This document shows, one piece after another, positions 1 through 9,000 of a stretch of 27,939 nucleotides of DNA. Made by a program: the position numbers and the translations under genes. The stretch is from the IMG/VR virus record IMGVR_UViG_3300020172_001350, positions 1 through 27,939 of that record, one strand, 5' to 3'. The notes beneath the pieces were generated by a model, which did not search any database, was not told where the DNA came from, and worked only from the letters and a program-made list of their open reading frames with translations. This stretch comes from a virus (Duplodnaviria > Caudoviricetes). Position 1 is the stretch's first letter. Each line of letters opens with the position of its first letter.

Positions 1-179
1 ACGTATGAAGCGCTTGCCTTGCCCATTACAGCCTTCTTGAGAGCGGCTGTCATTCCGTCTGCCTTGATACGATCGATTGTTGCCTGTGATACCTTTATTG
101 GTGCAGCCTTTGGCTTATTTGCTGGTGCTGCATAGTTGCGGTAGCCTGACGCCTGTCCGCTTCCTGTCATTCTTGCCAT
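1..179 (-). CDS. Small basic hypothetical protein, runs off the left edge (MARMTGSGQASGYRNYAAPANKPKAAPIKVSQATIDRIKADGMTAALKKAV...)
   Basis: Translated by hand. ATG at 179 preceded by AAGAAAGGT (SD-like); open to the window edge; same strand as the late operon. Confidence 0.7.
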   Translation of the reverse strand, partial: MARMTGSGQASGYRNYAAPANKPKAAPIKVSQATIDRIKADGMTAALKKAVMGKASASY

Positions 180-245
180 TTTGTTACCTTTCTTAGGTTT
201 GCCCGCCTCGGATAAAGCGATAGCAATTGATTGTTTCTTGTCTTA
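180..245 (-). pseudogene. Possible remnant of a small phage protein gene (DKKQSIAIALSEAGKPKKGNK)
   Basis: In frame with the ATG at 179 but bounded upstream by TAA (245-243) with no start codon. The KQ(A/S)IAIALSEAG motif resembles a recurrent family of small basic phage proteins (from memory). Confidence 0.35.
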
Positions 246-290
246 CTTTCTTGGGTAACTTACTGTTGCAGCACCCTAGAAATCTTTTTG

Positions 291-557
291 TTAGTTAGTG
301 TAACCGTTTGGCCAAGTACCAGTACGCTTAGCCTCAGCCTGACGCCTTTTGAGAAGTTCGGCTTCTGCTTTCTTCTGTTGCTGTTGCCAAGTTGAGTTTG
401 AAGTAACCTTTGGCTTAGCCGTAGCGGTAGCCTTTGGTGTTGGCTTTACCTTACCAAGATCTCTAAGACCAACAGTACTTCCATTTGGAAGAACAAGTAT
501 TGGACCAGTGTTCTTTGGCTTAGGTGAAGGCGTAGCCTTCTTCTTCATACCTGGCAT
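291..557 (-). CDS. Small Lys/Pro/Thr-rich basic hypothetical protein (88 aa)
   Basis: ORF track; 2-bp gap to the upstream ORF; operon strand. Confidence 0.75.
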   Translation of the reverse strand: MPGMKKKATPSPKPKNTGPILVLPNGSTVGLRDLGKVKPTPKATATAKPKVTSNSTWQQQQKKAEAELLKRRQAEAKRTGTWPNGYTN

Positions 558-559
558 AA

Positions 560-814
560 TTACATTGCTCGCTTGCGTTTTACGTTAGCAATCTTCTTGA
601 CTGATGTAGCCTTATTATTTCCAGCAGCCTTTGGGTTCAAATACCCTGATGATCTGTTAGTAAAACCAGTTGTGTTATTCAACTTAGGAAGTGCCCCACC
701 AATTGCAAATCCTCGTTCTGGCTTCTTTGGTGTTGCCTTCTTAGCGACTGTTCGTTTTACAGTTGCTTTAGGTACTGCTTGTGCAAATGATCCGATTTTG
801 AATTCTTTAGCCAT
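560..814 (-). CDS. Small Lys-rich basic hypothetical protein (84 aa)
   Basis: ORF track; GAGGT SD upstream of the ATG; 1-bp gap from the upstream ORF. Confidence 0.75.
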   Translation of the reverse strand: MAKEFKIGSFAQAVPKATVKRTVAKKATPKKPERGFAIGGALPKLNNTTGFTNRSSGYLNPKAAGNNKATSVKKIANVKRKRAM

Positions 815-815
815 A

Positions 816-971
816 TTACTTACCTCGCTTGTTGTTAAAGATACCGCGCTTTACGATCTTCTTTTTTGCAGACTTTTTGGCTACTTTCTTGCCAGTCTTC
901 TTGGCTTCCATCTTGGCCATAGCCATTCCTTTTGCTGTGTATGGGAATTCTTTCTTTCCTACTTTTGGCAT
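816..971 (-). CDS. Small Lys-rich protein, 51 aa (MPKVGKKEFPYTAKGMAMAKMEAKKTGKKVAKKSAKKKIVKRGIFNNKRGK); missing from the ORF track
   Basis: Translated by hand. TAATG stop/start overlap with the upstream ORF; fills the 815-971 gap exactly. Confidence 0.8.
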   Translation of the reverse strand: MPKVGKKEFPYTAKGMAMAKMEAKKTGKKVAKKSAKKKIVKRGIFNNKRGK

Positions 972-1408
972 TATACTGCTCCCACTTCCTTGAGTTTGGA
1001 TACTGTTTTCTTCTGGATTATCTTAGAGTCGACCATGGTATTGGCGTCATATGCCGCTCCTAAGGCCTCAGAGGCCCTTCTGGCCTCCTGAATAGCCTTT
1101 GTGCTAGTTCCAGCAGGTTGAATCCCCTCAGCCCGTGCAGAGCGGTAAGCATTCAATTCGCCTTCCCATTTCTTGTTGCTCATAGACTTGGCGCTGTGGG
1201 CATCCCCAGTACTTAACTGGAGTCCTGCAGCCTTGCACCCGAAGCAGGCATCTGGACCGCCACAGGTGCTATGGTCAATAACAACATCTTGTGATGCAAA
1301 TGGAACTGGGGAAGTCTCGTCACAGTTCAGGCATCCATACTTTGTAGCCTTAAAATCGTGAGTATCAGTGAATCCCCATTCAAGTACCTTGCTGATATGT
1401 TCACACAT
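971..1408 (-). CDS. Hypothetical protein with Cys/His metal-binding-like motifs (CxH, CLNC, CGGPDACFGC)
   Basis: 145-aa ORF abutting both neighbours. Confidence 0.75.
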   Translation of the reverse strand: MCEHISKVLEWGFTDTHDFKATKYGCLNCDETSPVPFASQDVVIDHSTCGGPDACFGCKAAGLQLSTGDAHSAKSMSNKKWEGELNAYRSARAEGIQPAGTSTKAIQEARRASEALGAAYDANTMVDSKIIQKKTVSKLKEVGAV

Positions 1409-1660
1409 TTATACTGTCTCCACTGTGTATCCTGCGGCCTCTAGGCCAGCCTTCTCGCCTGCGCTAACGTCATAAGTCATCCCACCTAAGTAGAATGCCT
1501 CTGCCTCTTCTATCTCTTCACTAGAAGGGTTTCTGACCTCATAATATTCCCCATCAACTTTAATAACGCTAACCCCACGTGTAAGGCGATAGCGACTAAA
1601 AAGCGGTCCTTCACCAGCAGGGCCTTCACTAATTGTTGGTGTTGTAAATCTGTATGTCAT
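1409..1660 (-). CDS. Hypothetical acidic protein immediately downstream of the capsid gene
   Basis: 83-aa ORF with strong AGGAGGT SD. Confidence 0.8.
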   Translation of the reverse strand: MTYRFTTPTISEGPAGEGPLFSRYRLTRGVSVIKVDGEYYEVRNPSSEEIEEAEAFYLGGMTYDVSAGEKAGLEAAGYTVETV

Positions 1661-1683
1661 GCGACCTCCTAAGTCGTTTTACT

Positions 1684-1711
1684 GATGAGTAGGGGTTGCC
1701 CCCTACCCACC
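1684..1711 (-). terminator. Stem-loop after the major capsid gene (terminator/attenuator or 3' stabiliser)
   Basis: Minus strand GGTGGGTAGGGG-GCAA-CCCCTACTCATC: 12-bp stem with G-U pairs and a GNRA loop, 16 nt after the stop codon; no U-tract. Confidence 0.6.
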
Positions 1712-1727
1712 CGTCTAATTACTTAGA

Positions 1728-2915
1728 TTATGGACGAACTGATGAAGCGGTCTCGATGCGGTATAGCGCCTCTTGACGGAAGATAGACCAGTTGATCATA
1801 CCGTGCCAGCCGACTGGGCGGAAACGGTTCAACTTGTCTACAACGTTACCAAACTCAATGCCTGGTTCCTTCCATACTGCCTCAGCAAGTGCTTGCTGTC
1901 CGAGTACGTAAGTGTTGTAAACGCGAGCCTTAGGTGTAACTGTAAGTGTGTTTGTTCCAACAGTTCCTGAGTTAGCGACAGACACTGTAAATGTAGTGTT
2001 TGTAGCGCCAACTTCAATTGCTGTAATCAAAGCACCAGATCCTACGTTAGTACCTGAGATAGCATCGCCAACCTCAGCAAGACCACCGAATGCAGCGTTG
2101 GCTGCAACGATAGTAAATGCACCTGATGCACCGCTTACTGCAGAAGCAGTAGCAAGTGCTGTTAGAGCACCACCTGAGATTGAGTTAGTCATGCGTGGTG
2201 TCTCGATGAAACGGACACCTTCCCATGCGCCGAGTTCTCCTGCAAGGAGTGGCCCAACGTTCTGGTACTCATGTGGTGTACGCCAGATGTTGTTTCCTGT
2301 CTCTGTACGGAGATCATGTGAAACTTCTGGGTGGATGTATGAAACATACATTCCGCCACGGGTTAGGACGTTTGCAGCGCGTAACTTTGTTACTGCGTAA
2401 CGTACGTCGCGTCCCTTGAATGTGTCTGATGCAACAATTGTGCTCTTAGCAGCAGTTGTTGAAAGCGAACCAGCAGACTCACGGATGACGTTTGTACCTG
2501 CATCTAGAACAGCGGCAATACCGTTGTCTAGTGTTGTTGCCATGTTGAACGCAACTGCGTTAGCAATCCATGGATCAACATCTGAAAGTGACATAAGTGC
2601 CAACTTGCGTGTTGGAAGTACGACGCGACCTAGTTCTTGCTGTGTAACATCAAGAGTTGTGGTCGCTGGTAGTGCTACTGCATCTGGATCTACAGTTTCA
2701 GCGAGTGTTGCACCAGCGATTGTGGTGTCAGCAATATCGTTGTAGAACTGGAAACGGATTGAAGAACCGTCGTGAGTTGGGTTTCCGATCTTCTTGTCTG
2801 CGATTGCGCGGAACTGTGGTGTTGAACGTAAGTTGAGTTCGATCAACTTGTCGTACGCCATGGTTACAAGATTGGAACCTAACCCAGAGGTTGTGGTTGA
2901 AAAGACATCAGGCAT
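1728..2915 (-). CDS. Major capsid protein (HK97 fold, N4-gp56/podovirus-like)
   Basis: 395 aa, directly after the scaffold, strong AGAAAGGAG SD. Motifs YVSYIHPEVSHDLR, GELGAWEGVRFIETP and DKLNRFRPVGW are typical of this capsid group. Confidence 0.9.
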   Translation of the reverse strand: MPDVFSTTTSGLGSNLVTMAYDKLIELNLRSTPQFRAIADKKIGNPTHDGSSIRFQFYNDIADTTIAGATLAETVDPDAVALPATTTLDVTQQELGRVVLPTRKLALMSLSDVDPWIANAVAFNMATTLDNGIAAVLDAGTNVIRESAGSLSTTAAKSTIVASDTFKGRDVRYAVTKLRAANVLTRGGMYVSYIHPEVSHDLRTETGNNIWRTPHEYQNVGPLLAGELGAWEGVRFIETPRMTNSISGGALTALATASAVSGASGAFTIVAANAAFGGLAEVGDAISGTNVGSGALITAIEVGATNTTFTVSVANSGTVGTNTLTVTPKARVYNTYVLGQQALAEAVWKEPGIEFGNVVDKLNRFRPVGWHGMINWSIFRQEALYRIETASSVRP

Positions 2916-2948
2916 TTGCTGATATCTCCTTTCTGGTTAGTTTGCGGT

Positions 2949-3428
2949 TTATTGACCGCTGAGAATTGTTAGGATTTCTTCCTCAGAAGATGCATTCGCT
3001 AGGCGATTTGCAATATCATCCGAAGCCCCTGGTGCTTCTGCATTAGTCAGCAGATTGTTCATCTTCTGTATTGAAGCGATATCTTCTTGAGATACCTTTG
3101 GAGCGTCCTGTTGAATACCGAACACGTCGGCATACTGGTCGATCCATGCGGAAATTGCTTCCTCGCTTGCTTCGATATCATTTGGAACAAATGCTGCGAT
3201 CTTTGCGTTGACTCCACGGGATGTAAAAACATCTTTTAGAATCCGCTCTTTCTGAGTCTTACTCAGTTCTCCTAGGTTGCTCTCTAGTTCTTTTGCTCTA
3301 CGTTGCTCGGCCTTTAGCGCTTTGCGGAGTTTCTTTACTAGATCGGTATCGTTGTCGTATGTCGGGGTGTAATCCTCGTCATCTTCGTCGTCGATGTCCC
3401 AGTTGATGTTGTCGCGGTTGTTGCTCAT
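2949..3428 (-). CDS. Capsid scaffolding protein (likely start MSNNRD at 3428)
   Basis: Acidic N-terminus, coiled-coil (DLVKKLRKALKAEQRRAKELE), C-terminal helix; immediately upstream of the capsid gene; AAGGGAGAGG SD before ATG 3428. Confidence 0.8.
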   Translation of the reverse strand: MSNNRDNINWDIDDEDDEDYTPTYDNDTDLVKKLRKALKAEQRRAKELESNLGELSKTQKERILKDVFTSRGVNAKIAAFVPNDIEASEEAISAWIDQYADVFGIQQDAPKVSQEDIASIQKMNNLLTNAEAPGASDDIANRLANASSEEEILTILSGQ

Positions 3429-3456
3429 AGCAACCTCTCCCTTGTTAGTAGTTGGC

Positions 3457-3537
3457 GTACGCCTCAAGATTGGAAGGGGATCCAAGTTGGCTCGTACTAT
3501 CGGTCTTATACACCACTGGGGCCGATAGGTCCAGTGG
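3457..3537 (-). promoter_or_regulatory. Structured RNA leader of the scaffold/capsid genes (predicted H-type pseudoknot plus hairpin)
   Basis: Stem 1 CCACUGG/CCAGUGG (3537-3531 / 3519-3513). Its loop CUAUCGG (3528-3522) is perfectly complementary to CCGAUAG (3503-3497). Downstream stems GUACG/CGUAC and UUGGA/UCCAA. Confidence 0.55.
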
Positions 3538-3544
3538 AATTCTT

Positions 3545-4849
3545 TTATACTATTCCGAGTGCGGAAGTTGTTCCTAGAGAACCACCTGAACCACGGCTAG
3601 CACCAATAGTGCCTGACCTGCGCTGGAAGGCAAGTTCTTCTTGCTCTTTACGGCGCTTGCGTAATTCAGAGGCTGTTCCCTTAAACTGCTCTTCTTCTAG
3701 TTGGGTCTGAATCGCTTTTTGATCGATTCCAACACCATAAATCTGTTCTAGTTTTGTAAGTGGCTGGAGAGTCTGAGCAATGGTTTCAAATCCTTGTGCA
3801 GCCGTTGCCTCTGCGTCTGCAACACCACTTGTAGTAGCAGCGAGTTGCTTAATACGGGCTGCATCAAATGTGATTCCAGACTCTGCTCTCTTGAGAGCCT
3901 GCTTACCAAATGCTGCTGTCTTAGCGTTGATCTCGAACTGTTCCTGACCGATCTTAGGATCAAGGTAGAAATCAGCAAGATCTTCTGTGTTATTGATAAA
4001 GCCTAGAGCCTTGAGTGTCTTAACTTCATTAGGGTCAGCCTCAAGTGTCTTGAGTGCTGCTGTAGCAAAACGCTGATCTAGGTCTGTAATACGCACACCA
4101 TTGGCTACATACTGCTCTAGTGATGCGCGCTCAGCAAATTTAGAACTACGTCCATAACGAGATACTAGGCTCTTGACGCCAAGTGAGAACTCCATGAGTT
4201 CTTTTGGTGTAGGAGTAAAGCGAGGATCTCCCTTATAGTTCTCTTTGAGAGATGTGAACTCAGCGTAGAAAGGAGATGCTAATTTAATACCATTCTTGGT
4301 GGTATATTCCTTGTTGTTGTACAAAATCTCAATAGCATTCGGCATTTCCATGTCATCATTCATAAGAGATTCAACAAAGTTAATTGAACTATCAATGATT
4401 GAATCAGGGAAGTTAAGTTGCTTTAGTCTTGCCTTAATCAACTGTGATGCGTTAGTTGGCGCTGATGTTGCTACAGTCTTATTGCCGCCGCCAAGATTAG
4501 ATCCTGCAGTGATTTGATTAAACAAGTCTGCACGAGCAGCACTTGTATCTGCTGGCTTAGGTCCTTGGAGCACAAGGCCACCGGTGCTTACACTTGTTCC
4601 AGCCTTAGGACCAGATGTATAAACTTCTTCCACGAGACCTTGGTTGTTAAATATAAAAGCAGTCTCAGCAGGAACGGGAATTGCTGTTGGTCCTACAAAT
4701 CCAGCCTGTCCTGGTTGCTTTGTCTGTGCAGGCATCTTGATTGCTGGCTTGAATCCAGGGATTATATTTGGGTTTGCAACCTTTGCTAATGCTGCCTGTG
4801 CTTTCTTAAGGTCTGCTGCCGCTTTTGCTAGTTGTGCTTTAGTTGCCAT
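3545..4849 (-). CDS. Probable internal virion (ejection) protein, 434 aa
   Basis: Ala/Gln-rich, helical-looking, no Cys, Gly-rich C-terminus; one of three consecutive large ORFs in the structural module. Function inferred from context. Confidence 0.6.
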   Translation of the reverse strand: MATKAQLAKAAADLKKAQAALAKVANPNIIPGFKPAIKMPAQTKQPGQAGFVGPTAIPVPAETAFIFNNQGLVEEVYTSGPKAGTSVSTGGLVLQGPKPADTSAARADLFNQITAGSNLGGGNKTVATSAPTNASQLIKARLKQLNFPDSIIDSSINFVESLMNDDMEMPNAIEILYNNKEYTTKNGIKLASPFYAEFTSLKENYKGDPRFTPTPKELMEFSLGVKSLVSRYGRSSKFAERASLEQYVANGVRITDLDQRFATAALKTLEADPNEVKTLKALGFINNTEDLADFYLDPKIGQEQFEINAKTAAFGKQALKRAESGITFDAARIKQLAATTSGVADAEATAAQGFETIAQTLQPLTKLEQIYGVGIDQKAIQTQLEEEQFKGTASELRKRRKEQEELAFQRRSGTIGASRGSGGSLGTTSALGIV

Positions 4850-6018
4850 TACTTGAGCCCCTGTTCAAATGCATCTGCGATATCCATAGCACGGTTCTTG
4901 CCGTAGGCGCTAGTTGCAAACTCTGGTTGCTTTCTCGCCCACTTCTCGATTTCGATAGCGTTGGCTGTGCGGATGTTAGTTCCATCGTTATAGTTAACAA
5001 GTTCCTTGATACGTGGATCGTTATATGCAATACTTGTGCCTAGGTATGAGTTAATAGCCTGTGAGATAGGTGCAGCAATAGTTCTAATATCTGTACCAGC
5101 GCCAAGAATGTCTGCTGCTCCTGGGTGCATCTTTGCAGCAACCATGCGTACTGACTGCAATTTAGCGTCAATCTTCTGCTTGTACATCTCAGGATCACCA
5201 GTTCCAATTGCATTTGCTGCGAATGTGGTTAGTTCTTCTAGAGGTGGTACTGGAATTAGGTTATCTTCGTAGACTCTTTTTAGGTCACTAATGATAGTAG
5301 AAACACGACCAGACTCTTCTTTGCCTGTAATCTTGTAGTTATTTTTGAGGAACTTAGCGATAAACTGTTGCTGTTCCTGTTCTGTGAATCCCATACCCTG
5401 TGTAACTGTCTTGCTTCTTGCAGCAGTAGATGTATCTGTACCAGATGTGGAACGTGTGGTTGTGGTTTCAGCCAACTGGCGCTGTGCCTCTGCAGCGTAG
5501 CGAGTCTTAAAATTCTCGATCTGCTTGTTGTTAGGCATTACACCAAAAGCGCCATAGTATGCCTTAGATAGGATACTCTCAGCATCTGTCTTATCGATCA
5601 ATGTGAGGGCTGTAGATACTTCTTTAGAGAACTTAGGACCTGTTGATGAAGAAGCATAGGGGCTTTGAGCCTGTTTATTTACCCATTCTATCCAGTCAAT
5701 ACCATCAAGATATGATAACTTATAGACTTCTTTCATAGCAGCAATATCTTGTGTATCAGACATACCTAAAACACCAGTAGACTTAGACATACCCATCTTA
5801 CGGACAATAGCCTGGAAGTATGCATAATCTGACATGCCTGCCTTAATAGTGCTTTTATTCTTTAGCGCATCGAATTCTGCTGCTGCTGATTGTGCAAAGT
5901 TTTCAGTCTGCTGTGACCAAGCCTTAAAATAAACGCTTCCCTCAGAACGGATATAAGCGGCAGCCTTCTGTTCAGGTGTCTGTTGTGTACCTGTTGCTGG
6001 ACCTGATTGGTAAACCAC
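4849..6018 (-). CDS. Probable internal virion (ejection) protein, 389 aa
   Basis: GTG start with AGGAG SD; TAATG coupling to the downstream ORF; helical composition. Function inferred from context. Confidence 0.6.
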   Translation of the reverse strand: MVYQSGPATGTQQTPEQKAAAYIRSEGSVYFKAWSQQTENFAQSAAAEFDALKNKSTIKAGMSDYAYFQAIVRKMGMSKSTGVLGMSDTQDIAAMKEVYKLSYLDGIDWIEWVNKQAQSPYASSSTGPKFSKEVSTALTLIDKTDAESILSKAYYGAFGVMPNNKQIENFKTRYAAEAQRQLAETTTTRSTSGTDTSTAARSKTVTQGMGFTEQEQQQFIAKFLKNNYKITGKEESGRVSTIISDLKRVYEDNLIPVPPLEELTTFAANAIGTGDPEMYKQKIDAKLQSVRMVAAKMHPGAADILGAGTDIRTIAAPISQAINSYLGTSIAYNDPRIKELVNYNDGTNIRTANAIEIEKWARKQPEFATSAYGKNRAMDIADAFEQGLK

Positions 6019-6019
6019 T

Positions 6020-9000
6020 TTATTCTCCTGACTTCTTCAAAAGATTTGCAAATACAGAGTAATACATGCGCGAGAATGCAGGGTTACGCATCATTAAGTC
6101 AGTACCTAATCTTTCTAGTTCTTCACGGTATTTAGTATTTAGCCAGAATGAACTGCCCAAATCTGGTGTTGGAGTATTACGATCATTCTGTAATGTTGTA
6201 ATCTTTTCAATGTATGAGTCATAGAACTCGGAAGCCTCTTCAAATACAGGTGAATCCTTGAATGCTGGGTTCTTGAGAGCCTCACCAATTGCTGTAGCGC
6301 GCTTTTCTTGGCGTCCTGTAATGATGGTTGAGGCTGGCTTTCCACCGTATAACTTGTTAAGTTCAACAACTTGCTTGGTGTACCAGATATCAGAGTAACC
6401 ATTGGCTGCTTGTTCTTCTGAAATCTGAGATAGTTCCATGTTGTAGACTAGATCCTCAGCGGCTGATTCTAACTCTTCTGGAGATAGTTTCTCACGACGT
6501 GCGGAGGCAATCTGCCACTGGTAGTAGGACATAGCCGCTTCTCCACCAGGGAAGAAATAAGGGACAATATCTGCATCGCGTGTAGCATATTGTGCTACAA
6601 TCTTAGGGTTTTTATTCAAGAAAGACCAGGCATCTTCTGTACCTGTTACAGACTTTGTAGAACCGCTGATTATGACTAGAAGATTCTGCCAGCCATAACG
6701 ATCTGCAAACTGCTTTCTGGCTTCTTCAAAGTTACCAGGGTTCTCTTTTGAGATATCATCCCACTGCTTGTACAACTGTGTAGATGAAATAAAGTTAAAT
6801 TTACCTTCATCGGTTTTAATCTTATTAAAGATTTCTTTAGAAGGGGTAGCAGGTGCTACGCTCTGGAAGAATGCAGACATTAAACCTGTCCAACGACTCA
6901 TGCTTTGTGCATCATTAAACAACTCGTTACGGGCTGTATCATTAGCGAATGGGTTGTCGCCATACTTTCCAGTAGATGCTAAGTATCCAGCCCAGTCTTT
7001 TGTCTCACGTTCAACCATTGCAGAGTCATTAATAAGAAATAAGAAACTCTTATTAAGCCATGCAGGAAGTACTAGACCGCTGATTGCTCCAGCACCTGAT
7101 GCACCTGGCTCACCGAATGGGAAGATAATGTCGCGCATAAAGTCCCATTGAGGACCGAATGCCTGCGATTTACCACTTGCTAGATATGCAATCTGTGCTA
7201 CAGGCCCAAGTCCTGGCATTCCAGGGTTAACAGAGCCAAATGCAAGGTTAAGCGACTGAACTGGTGCAGTTAGTTGCAATGCATCCTTAGCGCCGGTATC
7301 GCCAATCGCCATACCTGCAAATGCACCAAATAGATCACCAGATAGAGGATAACGGAAGCGTTGCTTACCAAAATCATCCTTATAGAAGAAACCTTGTCCT
7401 TCTTCGTACTTAGTGTTAGTTAAATCGTAGATTGCAGATGATCCTGGCTGGGTTAGCGCCTGATATGCTTTACCAAACTTATAAATCTGGCGTGGATTCT
7501 GTGCTGTTAACTTAGTCCATGACTTAATCGTGTTAAAGTGTGCCTGGATAAATGGGAACAATAGACGTAATCTATTTGCTGAGTCAAGTTGACGTGAAGC
7601 ATCATAGAATAGATCTCTTGTATACTCACCAGCCATGCGGGCTGCAGTAACGTGAACGTCATTGTAGGACATTAACTGTGGAATATTAGGATTATTCTGA
7701 CGTTTTCTAATTTCTTTGTTGATAACACGTAGCGCTTCATGGCGCTTTCCTACTGGAATACGCTTACCTGCAGGTGTACGTACTGTAATACCACTAAGAG
7801 TCTTACCAGCCTGCTTTTGCAGTTTCAACAAGTCCTCTAGACCCATAGAAGGCGCATAGCGACCAATGTGATCCCAGTATGACATTCTAAACTCAGGACC
7901 GTAGGCTCCGATATTTTCAACTTTTGCTGCTAAAGTAAAGAACCCATCAACTGAATTTCTTAGAATAGATGGGTTTGCACTCATCCATGCTTTTGTGTCG
8001 GAGAAGATGGCAACTGCGTCAGTCATTTCCTCACGAGGGAATAGACGCTCTAGTTGTTCCCTGAATACCTTCTCTGCAGCACGACCTTCTTCAATTGACT
8101 GTGAGTTCTTGAAGCGTGGCATACGAATAACTTCGTCACCTGTTGCTGTCGGAACTCTAACAACTCCGTTGGCAAGCAATTCACGGATATAAAGTCCACG
8201 TTGTCCTGAACCCATCAATCCTTTGAGTGCTGTTTCGTAAGATCCTGTTGATTTAGGATCAAATAGCCAGTTTCTGATACCTTCTGGATTTAGGTTAGCC
8301 TTGCTGAATGGCTCTTCTGGATTCTTCAAGAATATTCTATCGAAATCCGAACCGCCTGTACCGCGTTGATTCTTAGAGAAAGAAGCCTCTAGAATTTCTT
8401 TGAGTAAATTTGTTCGTTCTTGTCCGTTAATCATGATTGGGCGATCATTAATAAGATCGTCGACTAACTTTGCCTGCAACTGTGGTGTATCTGCACGTGC
8501 TACAAGTGGCATCATCTCATCTAGATTAAAACGAGCAAGTGTTGTTGCAAATGCAGGATAGAAGTTTTCATCTGCATAGTCAACTGTGCGATACCACTTG
8601 CCTAGCAATCTTGTCTTTGCATCGACTGAACGTAGATCTCCTGCCGATACCTTACGGCCCATAAAGGTTAAGTACTCATCCATTGCATCTGTGAGCAACT
8701 TAGCGGCTTGTGGATCCTTAAATGAGTTATCGAGAATATCATCGCCATACTTTTCAAAATGCGTAAGCAATCTCTGCATAGCGTTACCTTTTGGATTTGC
8801 ATACATCATCGCGCTAAACCCAAGTGGGTGGGTCAATAGTGTTTCGTGTCCTGATAAGAACATGCGGAACTGCATCTCACCTACGTTACGAGTGATATAT
8901 GAAATACGGAATGCTAGTTGAGCAGTTCTCCATTGATCACCAAATTCAGTAATAAATTGAGCCGCTGCGTTATCTCCGCCAATGTCACGTTTAAGTACAC

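Noticed and set aside
1661-1760. T7-style programmed frameshift extending the capsid protein
   Set aside because: No slippery heptamer near the stop, and further stop codons plus a hairpin follow immediately.
3457-3537. Scaffold leader as a known self-cleaving ribozyme (pistol or HDV-like)
   Set aside because: By eye it lacks the additional helices and conserved catalytic nucleotides of those classes; kept only as an unassigned structured leader.
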